Source: Octopus vulgaris (taxonomy: Eukaryota). Taken from it: a stretch of 64,000 nucleotides of DNA. Positions within the stretch are counted from its first letter, which is position 1; each line of letters begins with the position of its first letter. Shown one piece after another: positions 1-14,372 of the stretch. Both the position numbers and the translations under genes were made by a program. The stretch is from NCBI GenBank assembly GCA_951406725.2, contig OX597826.1:81096001-81160000 (forward strand), given 5' to 3'. The notes beneath the pieces are model-generated. The model searched no databases. It saw only the letters and a list, made by a program, of their open reading frames with translations, and was not told the origin of the DNA.

Positions 1-932
1 CCACACACACGCATTTGATTAGGGGGGTGGGGAGGGAACGGTTGATTATATCGAGTCCAGTATATAACTGGTATTTATTGTATTGAGTCCAATGAGGCTG
101 TGGAACCCGAAGTTGACTCCAGCTGGAAATGAATTCAGAATGTAAATGCCACAAGACATTTTGTCTGTTGCTCCACCGATTTTGCCTGTCCACTGACTAA
201 CCTTACCACGAGAACAATAATAATAAATTCTTTTATGAATAATAATGATAACAACAACAATGCTTTCTACTATGAGCACAAGGCCTGAATTTGTGGGGGA
301 GGGAGGGGGGGGTGTAGTGGATTATATCAATCTCAGTGTGTAACCAGTGCTTACTTCATCGACCCTGAAAAGATGAAAGGCCAAGTCAACCTTGGCAGAA
401 TTTGAACCCAGAATGTAGCAACAGGTGAAGTACTGCTAAGCATTTCATCCTGCGCTCTAACGATTCTGCCAGCTCATCACTTTAATAGTAATAACTATAG
501 TTGTGGTGTCAATTAATAATAATAATGATAATAATAATTCATTTCTTTATTGCCCACAGGGGTGCTAAGCATAGAGGGGACAAACAAAGGGATTAAGTCG
601 ATTATATCGACCCCAGTGTGTAACTGGTATTTATTTAATCGACCCTGAAAGGATGAAAGGCAAAGTCAATCTTGTCGAAATTTGAACTCAGAATGTAGCG
701 GCAGACGAAATACCTATTTCTTTACTACTCACAAGGGGCTAAACACAGAGGGGACAAATGGATCAAGTCGATTACATCGACCCCAGTGCGTAACTGGTAC
801 TTATTTAGTCGACCCCCAAAAGGATGAAAGGCAAAGTCGACCTCGGCGGAATTTGAACTCAGAACGTAGCGGCAGACGAAATACCACTAAGCATTTCACC
901 CTGTGTGCTAACGTTTCTGCCAGCTTGCCACC

Positions 933-970
<38 letters not shown>

Positions 971-1981
971 TGTTGTGTCAAATAATAATGATAATAAAAA
1001 ACCTATAATTTGTATCACCTTTTACTTAACACTCCTGATATACTAGTAGTGGTTGCGGTGGTGTTGGCAGTGGTGGTGGTGGTAGTTATTGCTGCAGTAT
1101 AAATGGAGTAGCGTGTGCAATATATTTCTTAAAATCTCCATTACAAGATTTATGTGTTCATGTGTCTGGACAAATGTTTTTTTCTTTCTTTCTTTTTTTT
1201 TCTTCCATTTATCAAAATATATTAATATATTAAACCACGTTATATTGGATGTTTGGGTCAGCTCAAGAAATGATATCGGAATCCAAATCCAAAGGTCATA
1301 TCTCAGTTTTGTTTTTGTTTAGCTTTGCCGCTGCCATTGCAGGAATTTTCTTTAAAGCCACAGTCTGTCTCTTATGTTTAATGTTGGAGCTTCTAGAATG
1401 GTCATCGAACCTGCTAGAAACAGCAATGAAATTCCCTCAGCTAACACACCACTGTCTTCAGTACATAAAGGTCATATTAGGCATGCAGATAGGATGGTCA
1501 TGATTGGAATGTCTTTTGATCAAAAGTTTGCTCAGTTAAGACTCGGGTGTTACACATTAACAACAAAACATACAATAACATTGTATGTCATCATCATTTA
1601 ATGTCTCTTTTCCATGCTGGTATGGGTTGGACGGTTTGACTGAGGACTGGCAAACCAGAGAGGATCCATTTGTCTGTTTTGGCCCTGGTTTCTGTGGACG
1701 GCTGCCCTTCCTAATGCCAACCACTCTACAGAGTGGCACTGGGTGCTCTTCATGTGGCACCAGCATGGGTGCGTTTTACCTGGCATCAGTGCAGGTGCTT
1801 TATATGCAGCTGGGTGTTCATATAAAGACATAGCAAAGCCAGCTGGTTGTGAAGTTTATTTTGTAATGACAAATCTTGAGTTTGACCCCAGTGCAAAGCA
1901 TCATGGGTAAGTGACTTTTACCCTACATCAAGAACCTTACCTATTCTCATTAATCCCTCATCTCCTTACATAAAACTACCC

Positions 1982-2016
<35 letters not shown>

Positions 2017-5000
2017 ACTCTAACCTAACCTCATTCATGTGAAAATGTTGGTCTTGCAAGCTGCACAGCAACCTCATTAGCGATGGTGCTATGAAACACA
2101 CACACACACATACACACACACCCCTAGTCCATTCTCTGAAATGGTGGGCATTAGGGAAGGCATCTAGTCATAGAAACCATGCCAAAGCAGACCTTGGAGC
2201 ATGATATAGTCTTTGAATTTGCCAGACCCAGTCAAATTATTTGACCCATACCAGCAGAGACCATAGACATTTAATGAGGATGACATTGTGGTATTGTCAA
2301 TGTAGGTCAACTAATACTAGGTCAACTAGTATTAGAGATGACTCCATTCAGCTACCACCACCACTACAAGTACTCCCACATATACATTCACATCTAATTG
2401 TTAAATAACAAAGACTGAATAACTCAGCTGTTGAAAAAAAAAAAAGAAAGGAAGAAAAAAGCAGACAAAAAATAAACCTCCTACTCACAGGAGGGTGGGC
2501 TAATTTGCATATTGATGTTAATTTAACAAGCATCATTAAGAAATTTCTAATAACTCAGCACCATTTGTCTGATCTGGTCTAATATATTTGTTTGCTTGTA
2601 ATGTTTCTATGAATAGAATGCAGCATAAATGATTAATCCGGTGAATTCCATGTCTGTCGGTCGCATATTTCTGTGATAAACTGGCAAAACTTCTGCCAGT
2701 CAGAAGAGTGAAGCATCTGAAATCACAGCTTGTCTGATGGACTGTTTTTTAAAAATATGTTTGATTGGCTGAATATGTTTCTGCTGCTTCAGACGATGAC
2801 GACGACGACTGACTGGTGTAATTTAATTACCTTTTTACCTTTGCTTGTTTTAGTCAATAGACTGCAGCCAGGTGGCAGCACCATCTTCAAGAATTTTCTG
2901 TCAAATGAATTGAACCCAGTCCTTAGTTGTTTTTTTTTTAAGCCTGGTATTATTATAGTGTTCCCTTTTGCTGACCCACTAAGTTAAGGGGATATAAGCA
3001 CACAAACACCTGTTATCGGGGTGGGTGGGGTGGGGTGGAGGACAGACAGAGATATAAAAGCACAAACGTGGTGCACCAGCATGGCCTCAGCCTCTGGCTG
3101 AACCCTGTAAAAGATAAAAGATATATAACAGGTTTCTTTCAGCTTCTGCCTACCAAATCCATTTGCAAAGCTTCGGTTGGCCTGAGGCTGCGGTAGGAGA
3201 TACTTGTCTAAGGCACAATGCCATGAGATTGAACTTGGGACCATGAGGTTAGGAAGCAAGCTTCTTACCACACAGCCATAATTATGGAAACAAGAATTTG
3301 GACTTTTGAGAAGTGTGGATGTCATATTGATCAAGATAAATGTTGTCAATGGTGAATTTAGGATTTGGATTAAAGAGATATAAACTGTCACCAAAGTAGA
3401 CAAAAAAGTGTTTTTGTTTTTCTTCATCAGACATCATCTGTTGCATTCCCTCATGTTGTTTAGCTCCTTTGAACAAAGGTGTCCCACCTACATTAATCCC
3501 ATCTTTTTTGTGGTTGAGAAGCTTGCTTCCCCACATGATTGGGAAGTGAGCTTCTTATGGCATGGGTCCCAGGGGGACTGAACTCATGTGGTCTTCAGTT
3601 CAGTCCCAATGTGCAGCACCTTCAGCAAGTGTCTCATACTAAAGCCCTCAGTCAGCCAAAGCCTTGTGAATGGGTTTGGTTTATCATATATATATATATC
3701 GGGTGCTGGGTAGTGAGCTGGCAGAATCATTAAGCGTGCCAGGTAAAATGCTTAGCAACAACTCTTCCTCTTTATGTTCTGAGTTCAAATTCCCTCGAAG
3801 CCAACTTTCCTTTTCATCCTTTCAGGGCCGATAAAATAAGTACCAGTTGAATACTGAGGTTCATCTATTTGATTTAGCCCCTCCTCTCGAAATTGCTGGC
3901 CTTGTGCCAAAATTTGAAACCAATTTAGATAATGAGTGCAAGTGTGTCTGTGATAAGAAGTTTACTTCCCAGCATATGGTCTGAGGTTCAATCTCACTGC
4001 ACAGCACCTTGACCAAGTGTCTTTTTCTATAGGGAAGTGAGATTTTTTTTTAAGCAGCAGCTTTTGTTGAATTGACCAACGAAGTACACACCATTGGTCA
4101 GCTTGATTTGACCAACTTGTCAGTAAATGGCAACAATGCTCTCCCTCTCCCCCCTCTCTCTCTCAATCTCTCTCTCGACACACACACACAAATAATATAT
4201 GCATACACACACGTGTGTGTGTATATATACATGTGTATGTATAATATGTATATGTATATAAGTAAATATTTATGTTTATGTATCTATATATATATAGGGA
4301 GAGTTTACGAAAAAAACAAAAGACGAAGACGGGTGGTGTACAAAACAAACAGATGTATTAGTATAACGCTCAGGAATAGAAAAAGTCTTTTACGTTTCGA
4401 GCCTAAGTTCTTCGACAGAAAGGGACACAGAAAAAACAAGGAGAGAAAAAAATGTGTGTAGTGGCTAGTGATCTATCAAGGCAACTCAAATACATATATA
4501 TGTATTTGTGCGTGTCTGTGTATGCATGCATGTATGTATGTGTGTATGAGTATATTTGTGTGTGGGTGTGTGTATAATATATATACATATAAGCACACGC
4601 ACGTGTAAAATGATAGACATATACCGCAGTACCTCTTAAGCTAGAAGATGTATAATACTTCAGTTTAGAAATTTTATTCTATTCCATTAAATACGGTCCT
4701 GCAGCTGTTGTTGTTGTTGTTGTTGTTGCATTGCAGCAGTTTAAAAGGTCATCTTACGGGGATTCTTTAACCATTCCATGCTCTTCAATGGGTCGCATCA
4801 GTTCTTTACCTTTTGCTTCTTCATTTCATTCTCTCTCTTCAACAAAGCTTGCAAACATCATTGTCTCTCGACTATAAGTCGTCTCGATGTCAGTCGTGCC
4901 AACCGTTAACTAGGAAACACAAGCGTTTGCAATGTGCTTAGCAAGATTTATTATGCGTATACAGCTTCTGTAACAAGGTGTATAGTGCTAGGCAGGTGTG

Positions 5001-5832
5001 CAAGATTAGCCAAATAGCTTCCATCACGAGGTCACAAGTTCAAAACCGGTGCACGGCATCTTGGGTGAGTCTCTTTTACCATAGTTTCCGGCCACCTCTA
5101 GCATTATGAGTTAAATCGAGGTAAATGGATAATGTGTGGAAGCCTGTTAGATCGATTGTACGTGTTGTGGTTTGGTGGGTCAGCCTGCTCCTGTATTTTG
5201 TCACACAGATTCTGGTCGGGGATTTATGTTAAGGGTGCATGATGTGTCTGTGGAATACTCAGCTAGTTACGAGGCATTAATTTACAAATTAGCTGGTCCA
5301 GTTGATTGAATAACTGAATATTCACAATTGAAACTGATGTATACAGCCTCTACAGTAAGGAGTGTATATATATATACACACACACACATATATATATATG
5401 TGTGTGTGTGTGTGAATATATATATATATACACACATGTATATATATGTGTGTGTGTGTGAATATATATATATATATACATACATACACACATGCACACA
5501 TCCTCCAGGAGGGCTTATACAGTAAGGGTGTGTGTGTCTATCTGTCTGTCTACCTACTTATCTACCTACGTCTGTTTGTCTTTCTCTTATATATATATAC
5601 ACACACACCCTGTATAGTAAGATACAACACAATATTGTAATGAAAGAGTTAACAATAACCAGAATAACTCTCTTGTATGAGGTTTACCATGGTTACTGTT
5701 CGTCTCTCTCTCTCTCTCTCTCTCTTTTCTTTCCTCCTCTTTCTCTTTTCCAGTTTATTATTTGTCTAAGACAACTTTCTGCTATGACATTTATCTTCTT
5801 ACAGGATTCAAAATGTGTGCGTGACACACACA

Positions 5833-5916
<84 letters not shown>

Positions 5917-7828
5917 ATTTGTATTCATCTGTGACTCCCACTTTCTCTCTAGGTAAACGTCGTGGAGAGAAGTGGGGGGGGGGAGAAAGCAAGACAATCC
6001 GACTGTATTTCTCTTGACAAGGCTTCTGGTTTCTGCTCGGTGTATTGACGATGTTACTGCTTATGTATTTTATTGTATTGCTATAATTTCATAGACATGT
6101 GTGTGTGTGTGTGTTTGTGTGTGTATTTGTGTGCATGTATATGTATGAATGTATGCGAATATTTGTGTACATGCATATACACATATGTGATTGTATATAT
6201 ACATATATATATATATATGTGTGTGTGTGTGTACATACACACATATGTATACAGAGAAAGAGAGAGAGAGAGTATTGTGTTTGTAGATGTGTGTGTCTAC
6301 ACAATGCTGTGAGTGGGTCTCTGTGTCTATTCTTTCTCTTCTACTCTTGTAATGACATCAGACTAAGACATGCAAAAAGACCGTCTTTAACCCGGCAGCT
6401 ATGCACTGATTCACTGTCAATACATCTACTGTTACTTACCTTACCAGTGTTTAATTAGTCATTTTATTAATTACACTGACGACAAGATGATGGAAATAAT
6501 TAAAGAAAAATGGACAACTTTTTCTTTTTTTGTTTTTCTTTTCTTCCTGGATTTCTTCTTTTATCAAAAAAAAAAAAAAAAAAAGACAGTTTCCTGCTCT
6601 TTTCTTCTTTTCTGTTCATGTCTTTGGTGCCTTTTCTGCTTCAAACACTCTCATATCTTTCCAGGCCCTATCAGAGGAGGAAGGGTTCTGTATCCATAGC
6701 CATTGTAAATCTGGTGATGGAATGGACCTTGTTTGTGGTCTTCACAGATCCTCCAAGACAAAAGGAATGTGCTCATGGCTTTCGCAGACACTCCAAGACC
6801 AATGGAGAAACTGTGTGAGCAAATACAGTTGTAGCTCCCTTTATTACTTTAGTATTCGAATTGGCCCCATCCAGCCCAAATATGCTTCTTGTTCTAGGTT
6901 CAGACTGACTAGATCTGGCCTCTCACACCTATCCTACAATATCATCCTAAACATGAACAATCACATCTTGGAAATCTCAAAGCTACGAGAAAATGTATGA
7001 TTAATTCAAAACAATGTGAATGTAAAAGCATTACATTTCACAGACTAATTTGAATGCTAAAGGATTAGGACTCATAGAGGAATGGGTCATGCCCTTGGCC
7101 TTTGCAGGTCCTCTGATGTATGGTGAGGGGTAGGACTGTGCCAAGATCTTAGCAGGATCCTTGGTGACTGATGAATGCCTTTCTTGAACACACGCTTGCA
7201 GGAAAACCATGGACTTGGCAGTAATCCAGGTGGATGATGTTCAGTGGAGAAAGGACTTTTACCAATGAGGTAGACTAAGAATGGGTGACAGGAAGGGTAG
7301 GGACGAATAAGTTGTGTGGCAGAGGTGGCACAATACCACAAACTCTGAGGGTAGAGTCCACTTTTAGAAGTTGTTCTATGAATTGGGCTGTGCTTCTTCC
7401 CTTTTTTAATTATAAAGAAGGTGAAGTATCTTGTCCAAGGCCAGAGCTCTGTACCCTTAAAATATTTGCCAAGAAGTTAATACTGGGTTCATATGGCTAT
7501 CTGATCTCTTTATCAAATTTACGTTTGTCTGTCTGTCTCTCTCTTCTATTTTAAATCGCACTGGAGTTGATTATGCTTTCCCCTAATAAACACAAGTCAT
7601 AGAAACCATGCCACAACAGACAATTGGTGTCTGGCCAGCTCCCCGGTAGGCCAGCACCATGTCAAACCATCCAACCCATGCCAGCATGGGAAAGAGACGT
7701 TCAATGATGATGATGATGATGATGTATTGTCTGTATTTTAGTAATTTGTCTTCATGTTTTCCTATTTCAATGTAATAAATTCCCCGGACCCTTTTACTGA
7801 TCCTTTGCTATTTTGTCTCTCCTTTCAG

Positions 7829-8093
7829 GTTACAAACTTCATACCTTCTATAAGTGCTGTTACTGGGATAACCCCTCAGAGATATTTATGGCGGATATGT
7901 ATTGCGCTGCACTGTACACCCAGGTTTGCAGTGGCCTTCATGTATTTCAACATGTACAAAGGCTTCTTGCAAAGTATCAAGAAAGAACATCAGAGCTTAT
8001 TTCTGACTTTGATAAAGGTGAATTTTTGGTTGAACATTATGGAAAACTCAAGTCTTATTGGTGTCACATATATTTCTAATAAAGAAAACTACC
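7829..8093 (+). CDS. PGAP2: PGAP2 (post-GPI attachment to proteins factor 2, Frag1/DRAM/Sfk1 family), first coding exon visible in window
   Basis: Acceptor ctcctttcag|GTT (phase 0) and donor C|gtaagt (phase 1). Translation VTNFIPSISAVTGITPQRYLWRICIALHCTPRFAVAFMY...NFWLNIMENSSLIGVTYISNKENY matches the PGAP2 pattern VPNYLPSVSSAIG..PQRYVWRFCIGLHSAPRF...NVVENLAL.VLTYVSS.E. Confidence 0.93.
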
Positions 8094-8467
8094 GTAAGTA
8101 CAAATCAATATGGCTTACTATTTTCTTTTTTGTTTTATTCTTTTATTGTTTCCCGATGACGGAGGAGATTGTTTTGTTATTGTTGTTTAATCCAAGGTCA
8201 CCCTGAATCTTTCTGAAGATAGCAAGATGTGATATGAGGGAGATTTGGTTACTCTCTTTAACAAGTCACATGACTAAGCAGAACTTCCATTGTTGGAGTG
8301 TTAGTGATTGTGTTATTGGTGATTTGGATTATTGTTTAGCACCAGTTCACCTCCAACTGATCAGGCCTATTATCAAAGACATTCCACAAGTGACCCTCCA
8401 TTTTTTTTTGGCTTACAAGGGTCACATCACCCAATAAACATCCTTCCTTTTTTGAGATGTGATTTAA

Positions 8468-8688
8468 CCCTTTAGAATTTAAACTGGCCATACCCAGCCC
8501 AAATATTCTCCCTGTTTTATGTTCAAACTGACCAGATCTGGCCTCTCACACCTATCCTACAATGTCATTCTAAGAATATATAATCGCATCATCAAAATTT
8601 TGAAGTTATGGAGATAATGCAAGATTAATTCAAAGCAATGGGAATAAATAAACCTTAGAATTGGCAGAGTAACATGAATGCTAAAGGG
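8468..8688. mobile_element. piggyBac-like MITE (other copies about 6837-7065 and 12500-12655)
   Basis: TTAA-CCCTTTAG...CTAAAGGG-TTAG termini; shared internal cagatctggcctctcacacctatcctacaat in three copies. Confidence 0.7.
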
Positions 8689-8848
8689 TTAGTAGCAATT
8701 TGCTTACCGTTTCTTGTGGGTTGGCAGAAATGGCAGAGCATCAGCCTAGATAGCTTTGAGCATTTAGTCGCATCCTGCTGTATTCTAACTCTTTACTCTT
8801 TTACTTATTTCAGTCATTTGACTGCATGGAGCACAAATATTCAATGAC

Positions 8849-8940
<92 letters not shown>

Positions 8941-8994
8941 TACACACACAAACATACACACACACACACATGCACACACACACACACACACACA

Positions 8995-9025
<31 letters not shown>

Positions 9026-9075
9026 GCGCACACGCACACACACACATACATACACACACACACACATACACACAT
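8849..9075. repeat. Compound (CA)n microsatellite (representative of dozens of CA, TA, CT, AAT and GAT arrays)
   Basis: Direct reading; these arrays give rise to the spurious poly-CV, TH and YI ORFs. Confidence 0.97.
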
Positions 9076-9654
9076 GCACAAGATCTTGTTCAGCCTGAAT
9101 CAGTAGTAAAAGAAACACATTTACCCAAATTCCTGTACAGTGGCATTGGACTGGAACCAAACTACTTAACAACTCAACCACGGTTGTGCCTTCTCTTATA
9201 AATAAGCTTAATCATTTTAATTATGTCAATAATAACAACTTAATAGTATAAATAGTTTGAGTTTTGTTCTTGATTCCCCGCATCCGTTTTCTGTACCACA
9301 TTCGTTTTTGTTTTTATTTTGTTATTCTATGTTTAATGTCTGGGACGGGTATGTTTTTTAGGGATATTGTTCTATAGCGGGATGTTCTGCCCACCCCTGA
9401 GTAATTTCCCTTGGCTGGTATCACTGTTACTTTCATTGCATTTTTTTTCTCTTTAATTATACAAATCGCTCTGGCCTGGAACTGACCCCTAACTCTCTTT
9501 CTATTCCCTTGGTCTTCTGCTGAATCACCAAATTATGGGGATATAAACTAATCCAAACCAGTGGTGGGGGGACAAACACAACACAACACACACACACATA
9601 CACATATCATCATCATCATCAAGCATCTGCTTTCCATGCTGGCTTGCGTTAGAC

Positions 9655-11286
9655 CAGGGGTCTCCAAACTTTTTCCACACAGGGCCAGATACCTGCAAGA
9701 ATGACGAGCATGGGCTGCATAATCATTTTGTTCAATACAACACAGTGATTACACAAAAGACAAAGACATCCAACATATTTATTTACCAAAAAGTTATCAA
9801 AGAAGGTGACGTTAGCAATAATTACATCACACCCAGGGTGCACATATCCGAAACTCACAAACTGAGCAGCAAAAATGGTTGGTGAGATTTGTGAAACTGG
9901 TGTTTGTTTTGGAATTGCTGCATCCAACCAAGAGAATTGCTTTCAATTGTTCATCAGTCAATGTCATTTGATGTGCTGACTTCACAGACATAAGTTGTTC
10001 CAAACACTGATGCCATGCCAGAGGCAAATTTCTTCAAATTTGAAAACTCATCATCGGGGAAGCAGCGATAGAATTCAACAAGCTTTCCTTCTCTGTGCTT
10101 CTCTTTCAACAAGTCATTTGCTTGCAAATCAATGACCACCAACTGTAGTTTGATTGGCACGTCTTGAAGGTTACAATCAAATGGATTCTGGAACAGAAGA
10201 ATATCACTCTTGATTCTGTTGAGATGTGAAAATCTCTCCAAAATATTCTTATTGAAATCACAAATAATCTTCTTCAGAAACTCAAGTTTGACATCTTCTG
10301 CAATTCCAGTGCGAACCTCTTTAAAACACTGAAAATGAAATGAGTTTCTTCCTTCCGGTTGTGCTTTAAATAATTCTAGGTTTCTCTAAAATTCTTTGAT
10401 GATTCTGTAGACAAGGTTGTCCTTTCCTTGAAGTTTCAAGTTCATATGGGATGCGATGCCAACCAAAGATGATAACTCTGACAGCCAGGTAGGATCCGAC
10501 AGAAGTGGATCAGCCCTATCCTTTTCGGTGAGAAAAATATTTATTTCTCTTCAGAGCTTATAAAAACGAAATAGGTCTTTACTGCAGCTGAGCCTCCTCA
10601 CTGCTATGTGATACGGCAAGTCACAGAAGTCAGAATCAATTTCTTCAAGAAAAGCCTGGAACTGACGGGGATTAAGTGCTTGACTCCAAATGAAGTTCAC
10701 TGCAGAAACGACTGGTTTCAGTATGCAAGAAATATGTCTCTCCCACTGAGAGCTTGCTGATGCATAATGCCACATATAAACAGAGCACCTGGGAGTTGAA
10801 GGTCTTCCAGCTAAGTCCTGATGTGCCCCACCAGACCTGTGCCCACTCCAACCATGTTTTTACCTCCATCAACTGTAACACATCGAAGCTGATTCCACTA
10901 AAGGTTTATAGCCTTGCAAAGTTTTCTGCACTTCCATGAAAATGGTCTTCTCCAGTTGTTGTTCCATGCATGCTGCCAACAGATGCCAACTCTTCTGTGA
11001 TCTGAAAGACCAAATGAAACCATGAATAAACACGAGAGATCAGTAGACTTATCCAGTGCCAGAAAATACCACAAGAAGTTCCTAGCTTTCTCACATATCT
11101 GTGGCACTATGTTCTCTCCAAGTTCTTCTGTTCTCCGCACAGCTGAACTTGCTGAAAGGCTGATACTTCCAAGCAAATCAGCTTTCGCAGGACATTTGCT
11201 GCTTCCATCATACACCCTTTGATGAAGTTGCCATCAGTAAAAAGTTTTCCTTTCTCTGCCATTTTATGCACTATTTTGTAGCTTGT
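9655..11286 (-). mobile_element. Decayed hAT (Charlie/Buster/SPIN-like, GTF2IRD2-type) transposon remnant
   Basis: Frameshifted pieces: MAEKGKLFTDGNFIKGCM, ISLSASSAVRRTEEL, YFLALDKSTD, VVSAVNFIWSQALNPRQFQAFLEE, FQNPF, FGTTYVCE (hAT dimerisation region). Terminus CAGGGGTCTCCAAACT at 9655; the 5' part is lost. Confidence 0.88.
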
Positions 11287-11651
11287 GGCCCCAGCATGGC
11301 CACAGCTCAATGACTGAAAGAAACAAGTGAAAAATGAAAGATAATTTTTTAAAAATTTTGTTTTTGTTCATCCTAATGATGAAATTTTTAGAAGGGATTT
11401 TATTTTCATTCTATCAAAATAACAATCCCCCCCCCATGTCTTTCCTTTCAGATATTGAGCCAAGGAAGGAGTTTATATCCTTTCTCTTTCATCCTGCTAG
11501 AAATAGCAGTCATCTTTCATCCTGTTTGACAAGAAGAGGAAAGGACACATTGGATAGTGTAGTACTGAACAGTGTAGTACTGCTTGAATAAAGGTGTGAT
11601 TGTCACATCTGGAATGCCTTAAATCATGGGTCTGACCAATCATGTCTAGAA

Positions 11652-11806
11652 CAGTGCTTTGCAACCTTTTTTCACCTGTGGCACACCTGAACTACAAATA
11701 TAACTAAAAGTATAGGGAAAAGATTATATTCAGCTTACACTGTGGCACATCTAGCATCGTCTCATGGCACACCAGTGTGCTGTGGCACACCGGTTACGGG
11801 GCACTG
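11652..11806. mobile_element. hAT-type MITE
   Basis: TIRs CAGTGCTTTGCAACC / GGTTACGGGGCACTG; 8-bp flanks GTCTAGAA / ATCCAGAA. Confidence 0.75.
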
Positions 11807-11932
11807 ATCCAGAATTCAGCAATAAAATCAACTTCTGGTGTGCAATGTTTGTTATTCCCATTTGTTGTTAAATAATCTTAGACAATGGTTCTCTCATTCG
11901 TTTGTATTTGGGACATGTAGAAACTGATAGAA

Positions 11933-12213
11933 ACATTTTTTACACCAAGAGTTGCTGAAGCATGGCACAAACTGCCGGCATCAGTCGTTAGTTGTCAGAG
12001 CACTGCATCCTTCAAAACTTCCATGCTTCCTGAGATTCGCCAACACTACACCTGATTTTCTCCCCTCCACACACACGCAAGCATGGATCTGACTCATACA
12101 CTGTTCGCTTCCCAGACATTTGTACAATACTGCATGTGCTTTATACTCACTTTTGACAAGTTGTGGTGCACCTGAGCACTGTATATAATAATTTCATTAT
12201 TATTATATTATTA
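11933..12213 (+). mobile_element. CR1-like LINE 3' end
   Basis: TFFTPRVAEAWHKLPASVVSCQSTASFKTSM...-TGA (12053-12055) matches the CR1 ORF2 C-terminal FF..RV...WN.LP..VV......FK motif; short 3'UTR and (TTA)n tail. Confidence 0.75.
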
Positions 12214-13030
12214 TAACTTCAGTGGTTTTAAAAAAAATTTTTTTTTTTGCTTTAATTGCAACTTACTTTTAAGTAAATAAAAATAATTTGGCACAGTTAG
12301 TGCATAAAACCAAAATAAATGTCTTTATATACATTTTAGCCTATAGATATAATAATTTAGACCACAAAAAATTAAGTACTTATTTGTTTATTCAATAAAT
12401 GCATCTTAATTATGAAGATATCTTTGGAACTTTACTTTGTATTTTTCACATAATGCAAATATAATTTTTATTATTTCCCTGTATCAAGTCCACACTCATT
12501 TAACCCCAGCATTCAGATTTCTTTGTCTTCTGACTTCAAGATTTCAATGGTGTGTTTGTATATTTTTAAAATGACATTGTAGGGTAGGTGTGAGAGATTG
12601 GATCTGATCAGTTTTATCATAAAACAATAGAATATTTGGGTGGGATATGGCCATTGGGGAACTGATGGATGTTTTGAATGATATTGAAGGAGATGAAGGA
12701 AAACATAAAGTGCAGAGAGGGGCTTCAATGGTGCGGAACATTCAAATGATAAATTGATAATAAGAACAGTGTACAAGTCTATTAACACTGCACTTGAATT
12801 TCAACAGCAACGAGGGGGGATCCTTTCTCCTCCAATGTGCCACCTGAGTTGCTGTCTGTGTGCTGCTGGATATCATTAGGAAACGCTGGTTTATAACATT
12901 GTTATTGGCATTTCACTTCAAATTGGTTTCCTCTCTTAATTAGAGTCAGAAGTTCATTTCACAAAAACCTTAGCATACTTTATCGTGACATCCTTTGCTG
13001 CCGTTATCAACAATGAGAGGGCCTCAGCAT

Positions 13031-13261
13031 TAGTGGTTCCCTGTCATTTTTGCCCGATGGACCCCTTTGATTCCTATTTTGCTCTATTGGAACCCCGACA
13101 TTGAAAAAAAAAAAAAGTCCTATAATGTTTCTGTAATTAAATATTAGGAATTGTATAAAATAATTGTTAAGTATTTTGAGTATTGTAGAAGTATAAGTAA
13201 TTTATTGAACATAGGAACTTTAACAACAAAATCTTTTATGGACCCCAGATGAGAATCACTG
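13031..13261. mobile_element. hAT-type MITE (related to the 26132 copy, opposite orientation)
   Basis: Termini TAGTGGTTCC...GAGAATCACTG; internal atggacccctttgattcctatttt matches the reverse complement of 26468-26495. Confidence 0.6.
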
Positions 13262-14060
13262 CTCTGCATAATCAAATTTTCCTCAAGTAAGTCTTCTGTC
13301 TACATTGGACAATGTCTTCACAGGACGCTCATGGCTGGAACTCCTTTCGTCCTAGGAGTTGCTCACTCCGCTTGATTACAGATGACCTGGGCATAAAACA
13401 AACAATAAAAATGTTTCATAATTTTTGGCTGAAAATCAGAAAGTTGTATGGGTTGGGTTCTAGGAGATTGAAATGACCTCAGTATGCAACTGGTGCTTAC
13501 TTTATCAACATTATAAAACCAGATGGTGCAGTTGGTGCCAGTGGAATCTGATGTATGAGAGATAAAGAGACATTTTGTCTGCCCCTGTTATTTCTGCCAT
13601 CCACTGCTCAACTGCATTGATGATGATGATGATAATCATTATAATAATCCTTATATTTTGCCACCAGGACCCATTCATACATTGAACAACGTATCACAAA
13701 AGGACGTTACAAAATACTAGTATAAAAATTAGAAGATCGAGGACATTATCCCCCATATTACGACAGGTTAATGTCTTTGAAATTATGCAAAATAAACAAC
13801 TTATATAAATTCACAGATAAATAAAATTAGAAAGAATTATTATTATTATTATTATTAGCATGAGGCCAGCAATTTTGAGAGGAGGAGGCAAATCAATTAC
13901 GTTGACCCCAATATTTAACTGGTACTTTACCTTTTTGGTTCTGAAAGGATGAAAAGCAAAGTTGACCTCAACAGGATTTGAACTCAAAACACAAAGAGTC
14001 AGAAGAAATGCTGCTTAGCATTTTGTCTGATGTTCTGGACAATTCTGCCAGCTTGGCACC

Positions 14061-14092
<32 letters not shown>

Positions 14093-14093
14093 A

Positions 14094-14141
<48 letters not shown>

Positions 14142-14143
<2 letters not shown>

Positions 14144-14372
14144 GGCAGTGAGCTGGCAGAACCGTTAGCATGCCGGGCGAAATGCGTAGCCATATTTTGT
14201 CTGCCGTTACATTCTGAGTTCAAATTCCACCAAGGTCGACTTTGCCTTTCATCCTTTCGGGGTCGATAAAATAAGTACCAGTTACGCACTGGGGTCGATG
14301 TAATCGACTTAATCCCTTTGTCTGTCCCTGTTTGTCCCCTCTGTGCTTAGCCCCTTGTGGGTAGTAAAGAAA
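14142..14372 (+). mobile_element. tRNA-derived SINE family 1 (representative of more than 15 copies)
   Basis: GGTGAGCTGGCAGAA...GAGTTCAAATTCC...GTCGACTTTGCCTTTCATCCTTTCGGGGTCGATAAAATAAGTACCAG. Copies at 40-934 (-), 3700-3925, 13860-14062 (-), 14410-14602 (-), 21590-21790, 30586-30970, 31529-31727, 49885-50530 and 55412-55625. Confidence 0.88.

Noticed and set aside
1249-1503. Hydrophobic ORF with TVC..WS..THHC, superficially like the missing PGAP2 N-terminal exon
   Set aside because: Its 3' half is a dispersed repeat (acctgctagaaa.agcag..aaat..ccctca, also near 11495, 27225 and 51305). Motif spacing differs from PGAP2 and there is no suitable donor after the HC codons.
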